A stretch of 63,424 nucleotides of DNA, filler included, from Lenisia limosa (GCA_001655205.1; 15 parts of 15 records of this genome joined end to end with filler, not necessarily neighbours in it), one strand, 5' to 3'; counted from the whole stretch's first letter, positions 23,654 through 37,066 are shown. Notes: a model not told the origin generated them from the letters alone. Translations and numbers: made by a program.

Positions 23654-26600
23654 GGAAGAACCCCGCTCATCTACGCTGCCGGGAGGGGTCACTTGGAGGT
23701 CGTGAAGTACCTCATTGAGAAGGGTGCTGACATCAACATTGGTGATGATGAGGTATGTTTTTTTTTGAACAACAGAAATAATTTACATAAGAAATCATGG
23801 GAAACAAATAAATACATAGGGATACTACCATAAACAAATTACCATGTACGTGAACAGAATGGCACATTGTTCTAGACTATTGTGTTATCTCTCAGGGATT
23901 TTAGAAAAGAACTGGGCAGTTTCTCAAAGAGTATTATTGAGAGAGGGGCTTGAATTGGTTTATGTCATTGTTTTTTGAACAAGAGATATATTATGTACTA
24001 CATTAGAAATCAAGGAAATACGAAATACGAGTGCCTAAGTCGTGTCTGCCACTCTAGGTTATATTTATTGAAATATTACTTGGTTGGGTAGGATTATTCC
24101 ACAAAATTGTCCTTACTTGCCAATTTTTTTATACAATTATTGTTCAGGATGAAACTCCTCTCAGTGCAGCCGTTTTCTCTGGCCATTTGGGTGTAGTCAG
24201 GTGTCTCACAGAGAACAGGGCAGATGTTGAAGCCCATCATTACGAGGTGGGTATAAAGCTGCACTTTCAGTTCCGGTTTGGTTTCGGTTCTGTTTTCGAG
24301 AAAATCAGTCTTTTTCGGACCTTATGGAAGCTATAATATTAATTTTCTCATATTGTTATCTCAATAGTAATATTCTATATCAGACTGTAAATTGTTTGAC
24401 CGTTGAACAGGAAATCCTCAGAGCCACTGAGAGAGGCCACTTAGATATTGTGAAGTACTTCATTGAGAAGGGTGCTGATGTCAGTAGAACTTATAAAACA
24501 GTACGGTCCATAAAATAAGAAATATCCCGACAAAATCTCGATAAATATTTATGTTTTGATGGTCTTTTTTGGGAATGTAGGGAAGCCCTAGTGTCAGACT
24601 GGGCATTCTTTGGCGTTTTAAGGCAGGTTGCCAACCCAGAAAGAACTCTGAAAAAGGCCTAGTATGACCTAGGGATTCTCTGATCCAGAAAATGACGAAT
24701 TCTCGATAATCTCGATATATTTCTATATTTTACCTATCTTTTTCTTACCAGAGTGAAGACTAACTCTACCCGTGGGTGACCTGCCCGGAAAATGTATTAA
24801 GTTTGGATATCTGAGACAACGTCTTTATTATGTTTGGATATCCGAGACAACGTCTTCGTTTGCCACAGGAGCCACTCCAATAAGAAATCTATCGAAATAC
24901 AGTGACCAGGATAAGTCTTGACCTATTTTCCTTGGGAAATCACATCGCAAATCGGTCAAGACCTATCCCGGTCACTGTATATCGAGGATTTATCAAGAAA
25001 TCCACTCTTTTTTTTAAACCGAAGTGTTGCCACACTTGTTCTTTTTTAAAGCTTTACTCGGGAAGAACCGGTCCGGAACCGAAACACGGGTTCGATACCC
25101 GGATTGGTTAAATTTTTTTTATCCATTTTTATCAATTATTTTAAGAGTCACACGGACAGTTTTTTCCTTCCTTCAAATGACGAAGGGGTTAATATATATT
25201 TATCTCATTATTGATTATATTTGACGAAATAACCTCCAAAAAATTCCGGTTCCGGTTCTTCTCTAAGAATCCTACTTTTTGGTTCCGGTTCTTTGTAAAA
25301 ACGACTCGGTTATCACATTTAATCAATTCAGGGGAGAACTGCACTCATGCATGCTGCGCGCTTCGGACACTTGGGTATCGTAAGGTACCTCGCTGAGAAG
25401 GGTGCCGACGTCAACAAAACTGACTATTCGGTAGGGGTTTTCAACAGAGACACTAGATATAGCTATATACATATTTTACTTGTGATAGAAACATGCTTAC
25501 CCGCTTATTAGACCAACAGGAAGTGTTTTTTATGTATATTTACTGATATTTATCAAACAGAGGATGATTGTTGCTGATATATTTTTTATTTGCCGATATT
25601 CATTAAACAGAGGGTGAGTGTGCTCATGCATGCCGCGCGCGCTGGCCACTTGGACGTCGTGAAGTACCTCACTGAGAAGGGTGCTGATATAAACCATGTA
25701 GATTACGCGGTAAGGTCTACTCTTTTTGATAGCTAGAAAAGATAATAAAAAATATATATTATAGGGATACAACTAGGGCTTCACTTCTGTTCGAAAAAAG
25801 ACTAAATTTCTTGATAAATCCTCGAAAACTATCGATATTTTACCGGTCTTTTTCAAACTGAAGTGAAGCTGTAGATATAATCCGATAGTTTTAACCCATA
25901 TCCACAAGTAACATGATAGTATCACCGACTTTCGAGTCGAAATGATGAAAGAAGATAACACGAGGGTTCATCCCGAGTGCATCAGAGTATCATTGAGACT
26001 TATTGGTCAATTATCACGAGTGGATATGACGTGTCTTATCATTACGTGCAAAATTATTTCACACGTGTGAAAATAACCCAAAGAGTGATATTACACTCTT
26101 TCACCCACCTTTTTTTAGGGAACAACCATCGTTATTACTTCTTACTTATTACTTATTACCTTAAACAGCAAACAACGCCCCTCATCACGGCTGTTGAACA
26201 TGGACATTTTGGCGTCGTAAAGTGCCTTGTTGAGAGCGGTGCCGTTGTCAATACCCTTGGAGGAGATGTGGGTGAATTATACATTTTCTTTTCTGTACAT
26301 CTTAAAACAAAACTTTAAAATGAATTGGACTTTAAAATGACAATATTGTGACCGAAACAAAGTACCCCTCCTCTCTTCTGCGAGGGGTTCCTTTTTATAT
26401 TCGCCAAGATTCACGGTACAGGGGTACAGTGCCCTCATGCGTGCAGCGTTTCTTGGTCACTTGAGTATTGCAAGGTGCCTCATTGAGAATGGTGCTGACA
26501 TCGATATTGCCAATAGCTATGTGAGCTTTCTGACTCCGGGCAATTAATGGAGAACTTAATTGAGAGTTACCAGCATTCTTATACCTAGTCCAGTGAGTAC

Positions 26601-27144
26601 ACCGTTCTGACATAAAACCCAATAATGTTTTTGTAGCTACAGTGAAGCAAACCTGGCAGTACGACCAGCGCGGTGTAAATAGGAGAGATTTGAATGGGCA
26701 TATTCTAACGAAAACCTCATTCCTCACTTTTATATCAAAATTTTTAATTAATTTCAAACAATTAATTTCAACTTCTTTCCTATTGTTTAAACTCTTAATT
26801 GTTAGGACTACAGGAGCAGGGATTCACTTCGGTTCGAAAAAAGACTGAATTTCTCAATCAAAAAGACTCAAAACTATCGATGCTGAACCGGTCTTTTTTG
26901 AACCGAAGTGAAGCCCTACTAAGGAGTATTTGAAAATGGACGTAGGACTGTAATAATTACAAGCACTTTAGTTTTTATAAGTAAATTTTCTCAAAGTTAA
27001 GAAAGTGGACATGTTTTTTTTCATTATCCCTTATTGATTCAATAGAACAAGACTGCCCTTCGTTATGCTGTTCTGAGAAGTCACCTAAAGATTGTGAAGT
27101 ATCTCATTGAGATGGGGGCTGACCTCAACCATCCTACTCAGCGG
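23654..27144 (+). CDS. Ankyrin-repeat protein, one repeat per phase-0 exon (8 repeats visible, partial)
   Basis: Exons 23654-23752, 24148-24246, 25332-25430, 25611-25709, 26169-26267, 26422-26520 and 27046-27144 are each 99 nt; 24411-24500 is 90 nt. Each encodes G.T(P/A)L..A...GHL.VV.YL.E.GAD.N. Confidence 0.95.
24900..24977. mobile_element. Family D MITE (Tc1/mariner-type)
   Basis: TA|CAGTGACCAGGATAAGTCTTGACC...GGTCAAGACCTATCCCGGTCACTG|TA. Other copies or halves at ~8050-8113, 15880-15950, 22353-22415, 41040-41107 and 42880-42957. Confidence 0.88.
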
Positions 27145-29037
27145 GTGAGTGGGTTTTCTTTATTTTCAAGAAGCGGAAGTCTGTTTTTTGTTTTCAAGAA
27201 GAGGAAGTCTTTTCTTTTTTTTTAAAAAGGAAGTCTTTTTTTGTTTTCAAGAAGAGGTAGTATTTATTGTTTTCACAGTGTCCTTTTTGCCAAACATTGC
27301 TTGAAGTAGTTTCAATTTCTTGGGTTTCAATCAGAGGTGGCGTTTTAAGACCAGTAAAGGCTGGTAACTGTCGCACGCAAGAGGTATTTGCGTGCGTATG
27401 CGAGATATTTGTAACACGACTGCGACGATGTTGCGACACCCCCCCAAACAAACTATTTGAGGTAAACTCGTCACAGCGGAAAGAAAAATATTATATTTCA
27501 ACAGTGACTTTTTCTTTGTCTTTCTCATTTTCTCAATTCTTTCAGTGGGATAAGTAAGCACTCCTCCTCTATTCACTTACGTATTTCTTGCACGATCAGG
27601 CTTTAGCTCTTCATGCGAAGCAATAACCTTAAAAATTAGCATTAAATCAGATGCCTTTGTTCTTTATTCTTCAAACTAATTATGTAGGACTTGTATCCGA
27701 ATAAAAACGAAGTAGATAATAGGGTCATATATCTACATGAAGTTATTCGCATAATTAAATTATTAACAGAGCGTGATACGAAGAAATGTGGTTAATAAAC
27801 CATTCAAACATCGTTGCCACTTTTTCTCCTTTTCCCCGATATAGTATTTCTTATTTTCTATATTTTTTGTTGAATTGCTCTGGCTGTTTGTGTCTGAGCT
27901 ACTCTTTGTTTCATTTGTTCTTTATCCCTTGAACTCTCTCTGCTGGTCCGGGCACAAAACTGCCATTATTATTCGATCCCTAATTCATAGTCACATTCTT
28001 AGGATTACTGCATTACAGCCCAGTCCACAATGGCCCCGCTTCTAACAGCCTTTTTAAAGGACTATGCGGACAATTAGCTTCCCTACTTCTGTATTGACAA
28101 TGAGTGGTTGTGTTTTGTGTATATTTTTGGAGGCTGAGTTAACGTCATCAGTTTGGAAGTGAATAATGAATTTCAAACACGATTCAATTTGTCATTTTCT
28201 GAACAATATAATTGCAGTAAGTCAAGATAGACGGTCAGCTTAACCCCCCCCCCCCCNNNNNNNNNNNNNNNNNNNNNNNNNNNNNNNNNNNNNNNNNNNN
28301 NNNNNNNNNNNNNNNNNNNNNNNNNNNNNNNNNNNNNNNNNNNNNNNNNNNNNNNNNNNNNNNNNNNNNNNNNNNNNNNNNNNNNNNNNNNNNNNNNNNN
28401 NNNNNNNNNNNNNNNNNNNNNNNNNNAGTAGATGAATAATAAACTAAAATGAAAGAAACGAAAAGAAAAGTATTTTGAAAATATTTAACCTATTGATGAA
28501 AAGAAAGCAACATTGAGACCTCAGAATGGCAGCATGGACATTATCAGACTTCAGCATTGACGACAGTGTCCATTGTGTCCGGTTCACCAACCACGTCAAT
28601 TACTGTTTCAGCCTGGATCGGTTAATAAGACTAGGTCAAAATTAAGATGGGCGAAGAGAGGTCACAATACATAAAAGCCATCATTGACAGTTGCTTTCAT
28701 GCTATTCTGCTACTTTGAATACTTTGAATGCAATAGAGTCTTTAGTGATNNNNNNNNNNNNNNNNNNNNNNNNNNNNNNNNNNNNNNNNNNNNNNNNNNN
28801 NNNNNNNNNNNNNNNNNNNNNNNNNNNNNNNNNNNNNNNNNNNNNNNNNNNNNNNNNNNNNNNNNNNNNNNNNNNNNNNNNNNNNNNNNNNNNNNNNNCC
28901 TCGGGATGAGAGGTCTGAAGAGTGAAACAGAGGGAATGTGAAATGCAAAGATGCTCACCATAGTTTATGATTTTAGTATCATATCACTTTTTGGGTCATG
29001 GGTTGAATTGTCATTTTTCACCAAGTGATATGATACC

Positions 29038-29137
29038 TAGGACTTCACTTCGGTTCGAAAAGGGCCGGTAAAATATCAATAGTTTTCGAGGATTTATCGA
29101 GACATTTAGTCTTTTTTCGAACCGATGTGAAACCGTA
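29038..29137. mobile_element. Family C MITE with perfect 8-bp TSD
   Basis: ATGATACC|TAGGACTTCACTTCGGTTCG...CGAACCGATGTGAAACCGTA|ATGATACC. Confidence 0.9.
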
Positions 29138-30169
29138 ATGATACCTCATCTCCACTCGTGTGATAGCTGACAAGTATCAATTACACACTGATACCCTCGT
29201 GGTGAATCCAGTGTTATTTTCGTTCTTGTTTTCGACTTGAAAGTCGGTTATTCATTACCTTATCCACACAATTACAAGGTATTCTTCCCTTAACCTACGT
29301 CAGTTTTGGTGATGACTTTGAAGTCTTAGTATGAAGACTATAGAACACAGCAAAAGTGACACCGATCAACAGAATGAGGCTGAATCAGTAAAAAGAAGAA
29401 AAAGAAGAGGAGAAAAAATAAAATAATAATAATAGTATATGATATACATGTACGCTAAAGGTCCACAATTATGTCGTTAATTCGAATTAATGTAGTTAAT
29501 TCAACTACTCCTCCTCAAAAACTGTAATATATTTCTGAGATATACACACTTTATTTGTTTATGGAGGGAAAAAAAAAAAAAAAAATAACCTTTCAAAAAT
29601 TTTCATTTTTTTTTGCAAGATCGGCAAACTATTGCGAAAATTTAATAAAAAACAAAACCTGGGGAATAAAAACAGAATCTCTCCCCAAATTCCCACCCAC
29701 CAAATGAGGACAATGAAAACGTTGGCAGAGCCACTGGAGGACTCCTCAATAACATCCTAGAAGTCAATAATATTCCTACGAGAGAGAATAATATCCTGAA
29801 TTTTCTCAATAAAGCATCGAGATATTTCGACAGTTTACTGATCTTTTCGCATCGGAGTGAAACTTTAGCTATACTATACTATCTTCATAGATATTATATG
29901 CTATAATATATGTATTATATATAGCACTAGGCTTCACTTCGGTTCAAAAAAGACCAGTAAAATATCGATAGTTTTCTAGGATTTATCATGACATTCAGTC
30001 TTTTTTCGAACCGAAGTGAAGCCCAAGCTTAAATAACCAGCCCGATCATGCAGGATAGTACACTGGTTGGAGTATTACTGCATTTCAAAACTGGTGAAAT
30101 ATATGTATATTTAAGGAAACATTTAGTTTTTTTTGGGATCGTCGGGAAGCCCTAAGAATTACATATCAC

Positions 30170-30722
30170 ATAGGATATTGGCAAAATAATACTATGTAAC
30201 AGCCCCAACCCAATAGAGCTCACAGCATTAGTAGTGGAAGTTTCAACGATCTGTTCTACAGACTCTGAAGAGGCTTCAGAAGACTCGGAAGAGCTGGGCT
30301 CTACGGGGGGGATTGTAGGCTCCTAGGAGGGTTAGGGATAGGGGGGGAGTGAAAATGGAAAGTTAATTACAAAAAAAAAAAAGTTCTAGAATCAACTCTG
30401 TTGGCTAGAANNNNNNNNNNNNNNNNNNNNNNNNNNNNNNNNNNNNNNNNNNNNNNNNNNNNNNNNNNNNNNNNNNNNGTTGATAATAAAAAAACAAAAA
30501 AAGTCCATGTCAGTCGCTTCTGCAGCACCGCATCCCATCACCCAGTCGGGAGGGCCCATCCAACTAAGGCTTCACTTCGGTTCAAAAAAGACCGGTAAAA
30601 TATCGATCGTTTTCGAGGATTTATTGGATAATTCAGTCTTTTTCGAATCGAAGTGAACACCTACATATAGCCCCACTCACCTGGTACTCCCATGCATTGA
30701 AGTTTTTGACAGACCACGAAAA
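30170..30722 (-). CDS. Possible 3' exons of an unknown Ser/Glu-rich protein
   Basis: Exon downstream of a family A cassette (acceptor ~30322) reads EPTIPPVEPSSSESSEASSESVEQIVETSTTNAVSSIGLGLL..; a possible upstream exon reads ..VKNFNAWEYQ|gtgag (~30680). Confidence 0.3.
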
Positions 30723-30956
30723 CACCGTATCAATAGGCGGCTAGATTGTTAATTGAGCGCAAGATTACTAAGGTCGGACTGGACTATTAGGTTAATAGGA
30801 GGCCGGATTACTAAGAGGCGGGGATTAGTCAAGTGGGGGGGGNNNNNNNNNNNNNNNNNNNNNNNNNNNNNNNNNNNNNNNNNNNNTTAATTAATTAANN
30901 NNNNNNNNNNNNNNNNNNNNNNNNNNNNNNNNNNNNNNNNNNCGAGGGAGGGGTAC

Positions 30957-32700
30957 ATGTATATATCATCAAACAAATATCTATTCCTTGTGATATTCTT
31001 TGTAATATTGACGATTGTCCGTTTCCTTTCATCTCCCACCCAGTCAACCACACCGATGCAATGGGATTATGTTCAGGCGAATGTGCGACCAGGACCATTC
31101 AAAGGGTGGGAGGTTTGGTCATTTTGGGCCATTATTTCATTGGGTAGATTTTTTATTCATTATCCCATGTCCCTGTCATTGATCTATCCGATCTTGTGTT
31201 GCTTATACTTGTAGGAGTGGTGCCATATCTAAGCCAGGCTATGAATGGCAACGGACTTGACCACTTTAACTGTGGGGGGGGGGATGTTACAAGATGCGTA
31301 CTTGAAGCAAACCTGAAGGGAAGGATCGTATTTATATCATATACCCCTATGCTGGAGAAAGACACAGGAAGCTGTGAACAGAGTTATAAGGCAGGTGACT
31401 GGATGAATTGAAAGTCACTATAGTTCAAGATCTCTGATAAGCGTAATGCGATGACTTCGTCCAGATATCACCCAGTTTTATTTCTCATCTCTAGGCACCA
31501 TTCAAGATTTGTTGAGTTCTTGATGAATGTGAAATTATTTACATTATTTTTATTCTGTCTTTCTTACCAGCTCTTCTAATTGTTCAGACTATCACAAGCA
31601 GTTTTCTCTCCCTCCTGAACTCCGAACCCTTTTTGTCTTAGTTGCTGAACACTTGGATACAGAACAGGTTGAGAGGGGGAGTGTCTTTGTTTTTTTTTTC
31701 TTTTTTTTTTCGATGTATTTGGTTCCCATAAGTTACTAGTATGGTATATTGCTATTTGCTCAACCGTTTTTATTGTACTTTTGTGACTGTGGTAGTCTTG
31801 GCCGATAAAACTGTTGCCTCAGCATTAGTGATGTATTTTTTTTTTTAAGAATTTGCGTATTTTATTTATTTTATCAGATCCTCGGAGCGGGACTTCTCGC
31901 GAAGAGTTCACCTGGACAATGTGACATATGCATCATTCAACACCCTTCTGTCAACCCTGCTTTTGCCCATAGGTTGGATAAGGATTCCATCTTTGAATCT
32001 ATTAAACACGAATACATTTTAACTACTCTCATTTCGTTAAATGTGATATTTTACATACACTTACAGAGATGATATATATATATATCACAATAGATGCAGT
32101 GATGCGAAATTTGAATGGGCAGTTGGCTGAAGCCGCCCACAGCATCCCTGTGATTCAGCAACATTCTTCATTTGAGCTACTAATGATGAAACAAACAGTC
32201 AGTCCTTTTCTCCTTCACAGTCCGAGGTTGTATACTGCGTCGCTTGAACTTGCCAACGAAAATCCTTTTAATGTCAATTCCATAACGGGTACGCTTCCAC
32301 TGTTTTTTCATCTTCTTCGACCACAGTGCAAAAGTCAAGTCCTTTCTACAACTTTCATTTGAAGTGAAGAGTTCATATTTTCTTTGATTGCAGAGTTTTC
32401 GAGGGTACCTCTTGAAAACTCCAAGATAAGACTTCTTTCATTCTTTCAGTTCTTCTTTATCGATAATATTGTTGACTCTACTCATTTCCCAGGCCCAATG
32501 ACTCTCTCAACAAAGAACATTGATTTACTTGATCGAAGGATGGCCAAGGTTGGCGAGTTTGACATAATAAGAACAGGAGAAGTGTGACACTTCTGTTTGA
32601 CCAACTTCAGCGTTCGCGTGGAGAAAATGATGACATCGAGGAGGGTAACATCCCAAGTTCAAAATCATTCAAGGGGGTATGTGGGTTAATTACACATAAA
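30957..32700 (+). CDS. Possible gene with N-terminal signal anchor; model unresolved
   Basis: ATG exon MYISSNKYLFLVIFFVILTIVRFLSSPTQSTTPMQWDYVQANVRPGPFKGWE; further exon-like blocks at ~31215, 31880 and 32090 could not be phased confidently. Confidence 0.25.
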
Positions 32701-32927
32701 AAAACTGACAATTTAGAATTTCTAAATACTGATCTGATGTGGCGGGGGGTATGTAGCTTTGAATGTTGTATTAGTAGTAAGATGTAATGATGTATCATAT
32801 AGTTAATATTTAGAAAATACAAACACGGACCCATGATAAAAACATAAAGTATATCATATCGTAAAAAGATATTTTCAAAATCTACAACTAAACAGAACAT
32901 AACACAAAGAGAACATAGCGAATCAAA

Positions 32928-35900
32928 CTACAGAGTTTCTGCCTTGGCAGCAGGGTTGCCTTGGGTTTCGGCGCTCTCCATTTCGAAAGCTGTCTTAGGC
33001 TGCGAGAGTAAACGGGAGTAAGGGTCTCAACATTAAAGAATTTAGGACACTACCGTACATAGTACTATGTACCTTTAACTAAACGATTCCCTCCAACCTG
33101 GACCTTTTTGGTAATAGGAGCGACATAGATGTTTTTGCGGTTCCTGACGCGGATCATGAGCACCAGTCCGAGAAGAATGAATATCGACCCGACAGCAGAG
33201 CCTCCAACAACCGACACAGCTAGAAGTGTTAAAATGAACTTTAATATGGGCACACGTATTGAATAAAAAGTTAATGCAAAAGATGCAGTGGAGTGTTTTG
33301 GTTTTTAAGCCCAAGGTTGTGTTTCGCATACTCGTCAGGGTAGAGATTTGAGAGATAACATCAGAGAGAGCGCTTGCGCCGTCATCGCTAATGGAGGCTA
33401 CAATGGCAAGGGTGCTGGAGATGTGGGTGAAATATGAGATTTGTGAAGAAACCACATAAGAACAATAATCATTGAAGAATTTCTGTCAAAACCTATCGTC
33501 CTCTCACAAGACAGGGGCAGTGACGGACTTGATGGACGCGGCAGTGGGGTAAGAGGTGAGTTCGGTCGCGGAATTGATGTCAAAGTTCATCTGAAGGGTG
33601 AGCAGAAGTGCCTGGTGATGATACACCTAAATTCTTGCATCCTCATTTATCATAATATTAAGTCAGTCAACTCACCTGGATTTTGAGGTTGCCTGAAATG
33701 GTGTAACCGGAAAACTTGTCAACCAGGAGATACACCTCATCCTACAAGGTCAATATCAAAAAGAAAATCACAGGCTGCACCCCCCCCCCCGAGAAATGCA
33801 CCTAGTTATCCCAACTGTTTTGGGTGTACTTACCCTAACCAAAATTTTTATCCCAAGGGCCATATGTTCTTAACTTCCTACTTGTACATACATACATATG
33901 TATATCAAAAGACTTCGCCTACAGTGTCTGTATTCGGCTCAGGAATGCCATTGACGTTGTTACCACAGAAATCATCAGTATCAAGACAGTTGGACTTGGC
34001 TGTGGGGGTAATTGTTTTATTATCATATAGTAAACAGAAGTATGCGGTATTTCGAAAATAAAGTCACGGAGGTGCTTACACATGGCAGCATTGAAAGGCA
34101 GGAAAGTTGATCCGTCAAAGATGCCCTTGTGAATGGTGTTATAAGGAGTATTATCCTCGTTTTCTGAGTACGGAAGCAGTACCTGGTGTGTCAGTGTTTA
34201 TCACACGATGGGCAGAAAACCAAACAATTTAATGCGTTTATGTAGGCACCAAGTAGTTCCTACCGAAGGATCAAGAACATAGCGGACCACATCAATTCCC
34301 TTGTACTCCTCATCACCAACTTTCACGAGCTGAATAGTAAGGGCAATATCAATAACCAGTAACACCCACAAGGATCAACATATTCGATATGAAAATTAGG
34401 ATGACACAGCAGACACAAGGCGGTCATCCCACCAACCTTGACAACACGCATGATGTCCTTCACGAAGATATTGTAAGTTTCGGGCAGGTAGCCAGGGCTA
34501 AGTTGCGAATGAGAGTGCGCACCGTCAATAGTAGCAGCACCTTCCTAACAGGGTCAGAATTCATGACGGTGCCTCCAGAAGTACGGGGTTGTGTACCAGG
34601 CAAGTGCAAACCTTGTAAGTGGACACGAGATCAGTGAGTCCATTGTAGCTCTTGTACTTGAAAACATCATCAAGATTGTCCTTTCCTAACAGATTACATG
34701 TTATCAAAAATAATATCTTCAACCAGCAGCGCTTCTAAATGACACTTGCTCCCACCACAAACCTGTGTAGTGCTCATACGCAACGAAAGAGCCGTCAGCC
34801 TTGGCCTAGAGTGGTAAATACCAATGCCTCACCCTGTCATGACAATAAAAGGCTGATACAAGAGAAACAACTTCTTCTTGAATATCACAGAAAAACAGGA
34901 CAACCACATAGTTGTTTTAAACTTGCTCAAACCCAGTCACTTTCAAAAACTACCCCCCTCTAACCCACCTCGGCAACAGTCATATTGGTAGCAAAGTTCA
35001 CCTTGACCGACTTGCCAAGGGACAAGTTAGTCAGAGGGTCTTCAAGATCCAGCAGCCAGCTTCCTGACTTTTGTGTTGAAATGAAGTCCGACCCGAGCTA
35101 CATTGGTAAATCAGATGATATCCACATTCACACATGTTAGTATTAGCATGACACCCACCCCATTGAAGTATCTCAGCATGTTGTAGCCGGTGCTGTTGAC
35201 GCCGACAGCGTGTGCCTGAAGATAGGCGGCCATGATGCCGTAGTCCGCGTCCTCCGTGATGCTAAAAGGTCAATACGTAGCAAAACGGAGTATTCATTTG
35301 AGTTAGCCATAATATTCTAACGCTGAAAGGTCCTTGAAAAGGGACCAAGCAAATATACCACCCCACTTGTACATAGCCTTGACGGGAGCAGGATTGGCGG
35401 CGAGAGCGTTCATCAAGAAGAAACCAACACCATCGACAGTGCTCAGAGGAACAACGGCTTCCAGGAACATGTACCGGAGAAGTTTGGGGGTCAAGTTCAC
35501 GCCAGTAGATGACACTGCATGGTATTTGTAAAAAAAGAAATGTACTTTGAAAGACATGAAAATAAGAAGTAATAGTAATGAATATTGTTATCCCATATCA
35601 CCAAGTGAAATAACTGACTTTCACGACGGATTAATAAGCGAAGATACCACCAGAGTTCATTCCAAGTGTATGGTAGTTTCATCAGACAATGAAATGATAG
35701 TTAGCATATGTGATGCCCAAGAGTGATATGTTTAGAAATCACTGACTGCCTACGTTCAAAGGTGGACTGCAGAGCGATCATGGGGTCTATAGCCTGGGCC
35801 ACAGCAACAAGATCACCAATCACGGTCCCATCAAGCATTTGACGGAAAATCAAATCCGAGCTCTGTGTCAATGAGATCAGCTTCTCAAATGCAGAAAAAA

Positions 35901-36199
35901 CAAACACATATGACTTGATCAAACCTTTTCAATTCCAAACACAGTCGTCTGCTGTGCATACATTGCCCCGAAGTTCGTTGCAAGCCAAGACTGTATGGGT
36001 AAGACAAAGAGGTGTAGATATGGCGTAAAGCCACAGGAACTGTTGATTTTAACAAATACCACCATTGATTAAAATAAGCGTTCAAAGAGAGCATCAACAG
36101 AATTATGTATCCAAAACAGCCCTACCTTAATAGCTAGATGGTTAGCATCACTGGCAACAATTGTCTGGATGCCGGCGTCGAAGGCGGCAAAGGGCACGT
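32928..36199 (-). CDS. CD36/LIMP-II (scavenger receptor class B, Lmp-like) protein, 5'-truncated, ~14 exons
   Basis: Exons read ..STQKSGSWLLDLEDPLTNL.., KDNLDDVFKYKSYNGLTDL, IDGAHSHSQLSPGYLPETYNIFVKDIMRVVK, LVKVGDEEYKGIDVVRYVLDP, DEVYLLVDKFSGYTISGNLKIQ, then a TM segment (GGSAVGSIFILLGLVLMIRVRNRK) and tail PKTAFEMESAETQGNPAAKAETL*. Motif order follows CD36 (EDPL, G..D, DGT, Y/V.GI..YRY, TG.T....K.LQ). Confidence 0.8.
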
Positions 36200-36399
36200 C
36201 TGTAAGCCAATGTGTGGCACATGTCNNNNNNNNNNNNNNNNNNNNNNNNNNNNNNNNNNNNNNNNNNNNTTAATTAATTAANNNNNNNNNNNNNNNNNNN
36301 NNNNNNNNNNNNNNNNNNNNNNNNNTCACTTCGGTTCGAAAAAAGACTGAATTTCTCGAAGTGAAGCCCAAGGTGGGGACTGTAGACCTGAGTTGGAAA

Positions 36400-36507
36400 T
36401 AGGGCTTGTTGGAAATAGGGCTTGTTGAAATACTGGTATAATATCGATTGTTTTCGAGGAATTTTATCGAGAAGTTCAGTCTTATTTCGAACCGAAGTGA
36501 AGCCCTA
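36400..36507. mobile_element. Family C MITE with perfect 8-bp TSD and duplicated left end
   Basis: GTTGGAAA|TAGGGCTT(GTTGGAAATAGGGCTT)...CGAACCGAAGTGAAGCCCTA|GTTGGAAA. Confidence 0.8.
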
Positions 36508-36944
36508 GTTGGAAAGTGAGAGTCAATGATTGAGGAAGACCCTTTTTGATGAATTGGATCGGCTGCTTTTGTAACAATTCTAACCTCCCAATACAGGACC
36601 GACTTGATAGAGTCGCAGGTAATATGGAGGCGACGACCCCCAGGTTTTATGACGTGAGTGGGATGATTTTATTTGGGGATTTTTTTGTTAAGAGTAACCA
36701 CATACACAATCTCTCTCTCTCTCAAATTCATCTTCCTGCTCTCATTTTTTCACTGTCATTTTTTTTCACTGCAATAACACCCCCAACTCCCTAGGATGGA
36801 AACCCCAAGCAAAACTTTAACAGTTTAACGTCGCCTTCAATTTCACAGGTTTGGGTATAATTTCAAGTTGTATCCTATATTGCAGGACTGTGGTACTCAG
36901 AATAGTCCCTTGTGTTATTTTCTTCGGTCAAATAGTGCAATACA

Positions 36945-37066
36945 GAGCAAATGGGATGCGTTGTTGCAGAAGCGGCTGGCCCGGGCTTTGTTCGTTTTGT
37001 TGTTCAACGATTTGGGCTTTTTTGTTTCAGAAATTTTCCACATTTACTCCTTCCCCCCCCCCCCCC
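36945..37066 (+). repeat. Family A cassette ending in a C-run followed by a gap
   Basis: ATGGGATGCGTTGTTGCAGAAGCGGCTGGCCCGGGCTTTGTT..GATTTGGGCTTTTTTGTTTCAGAAATTTTCCACATTTACTCCTTCCCC(n). Confidence 0.8.
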
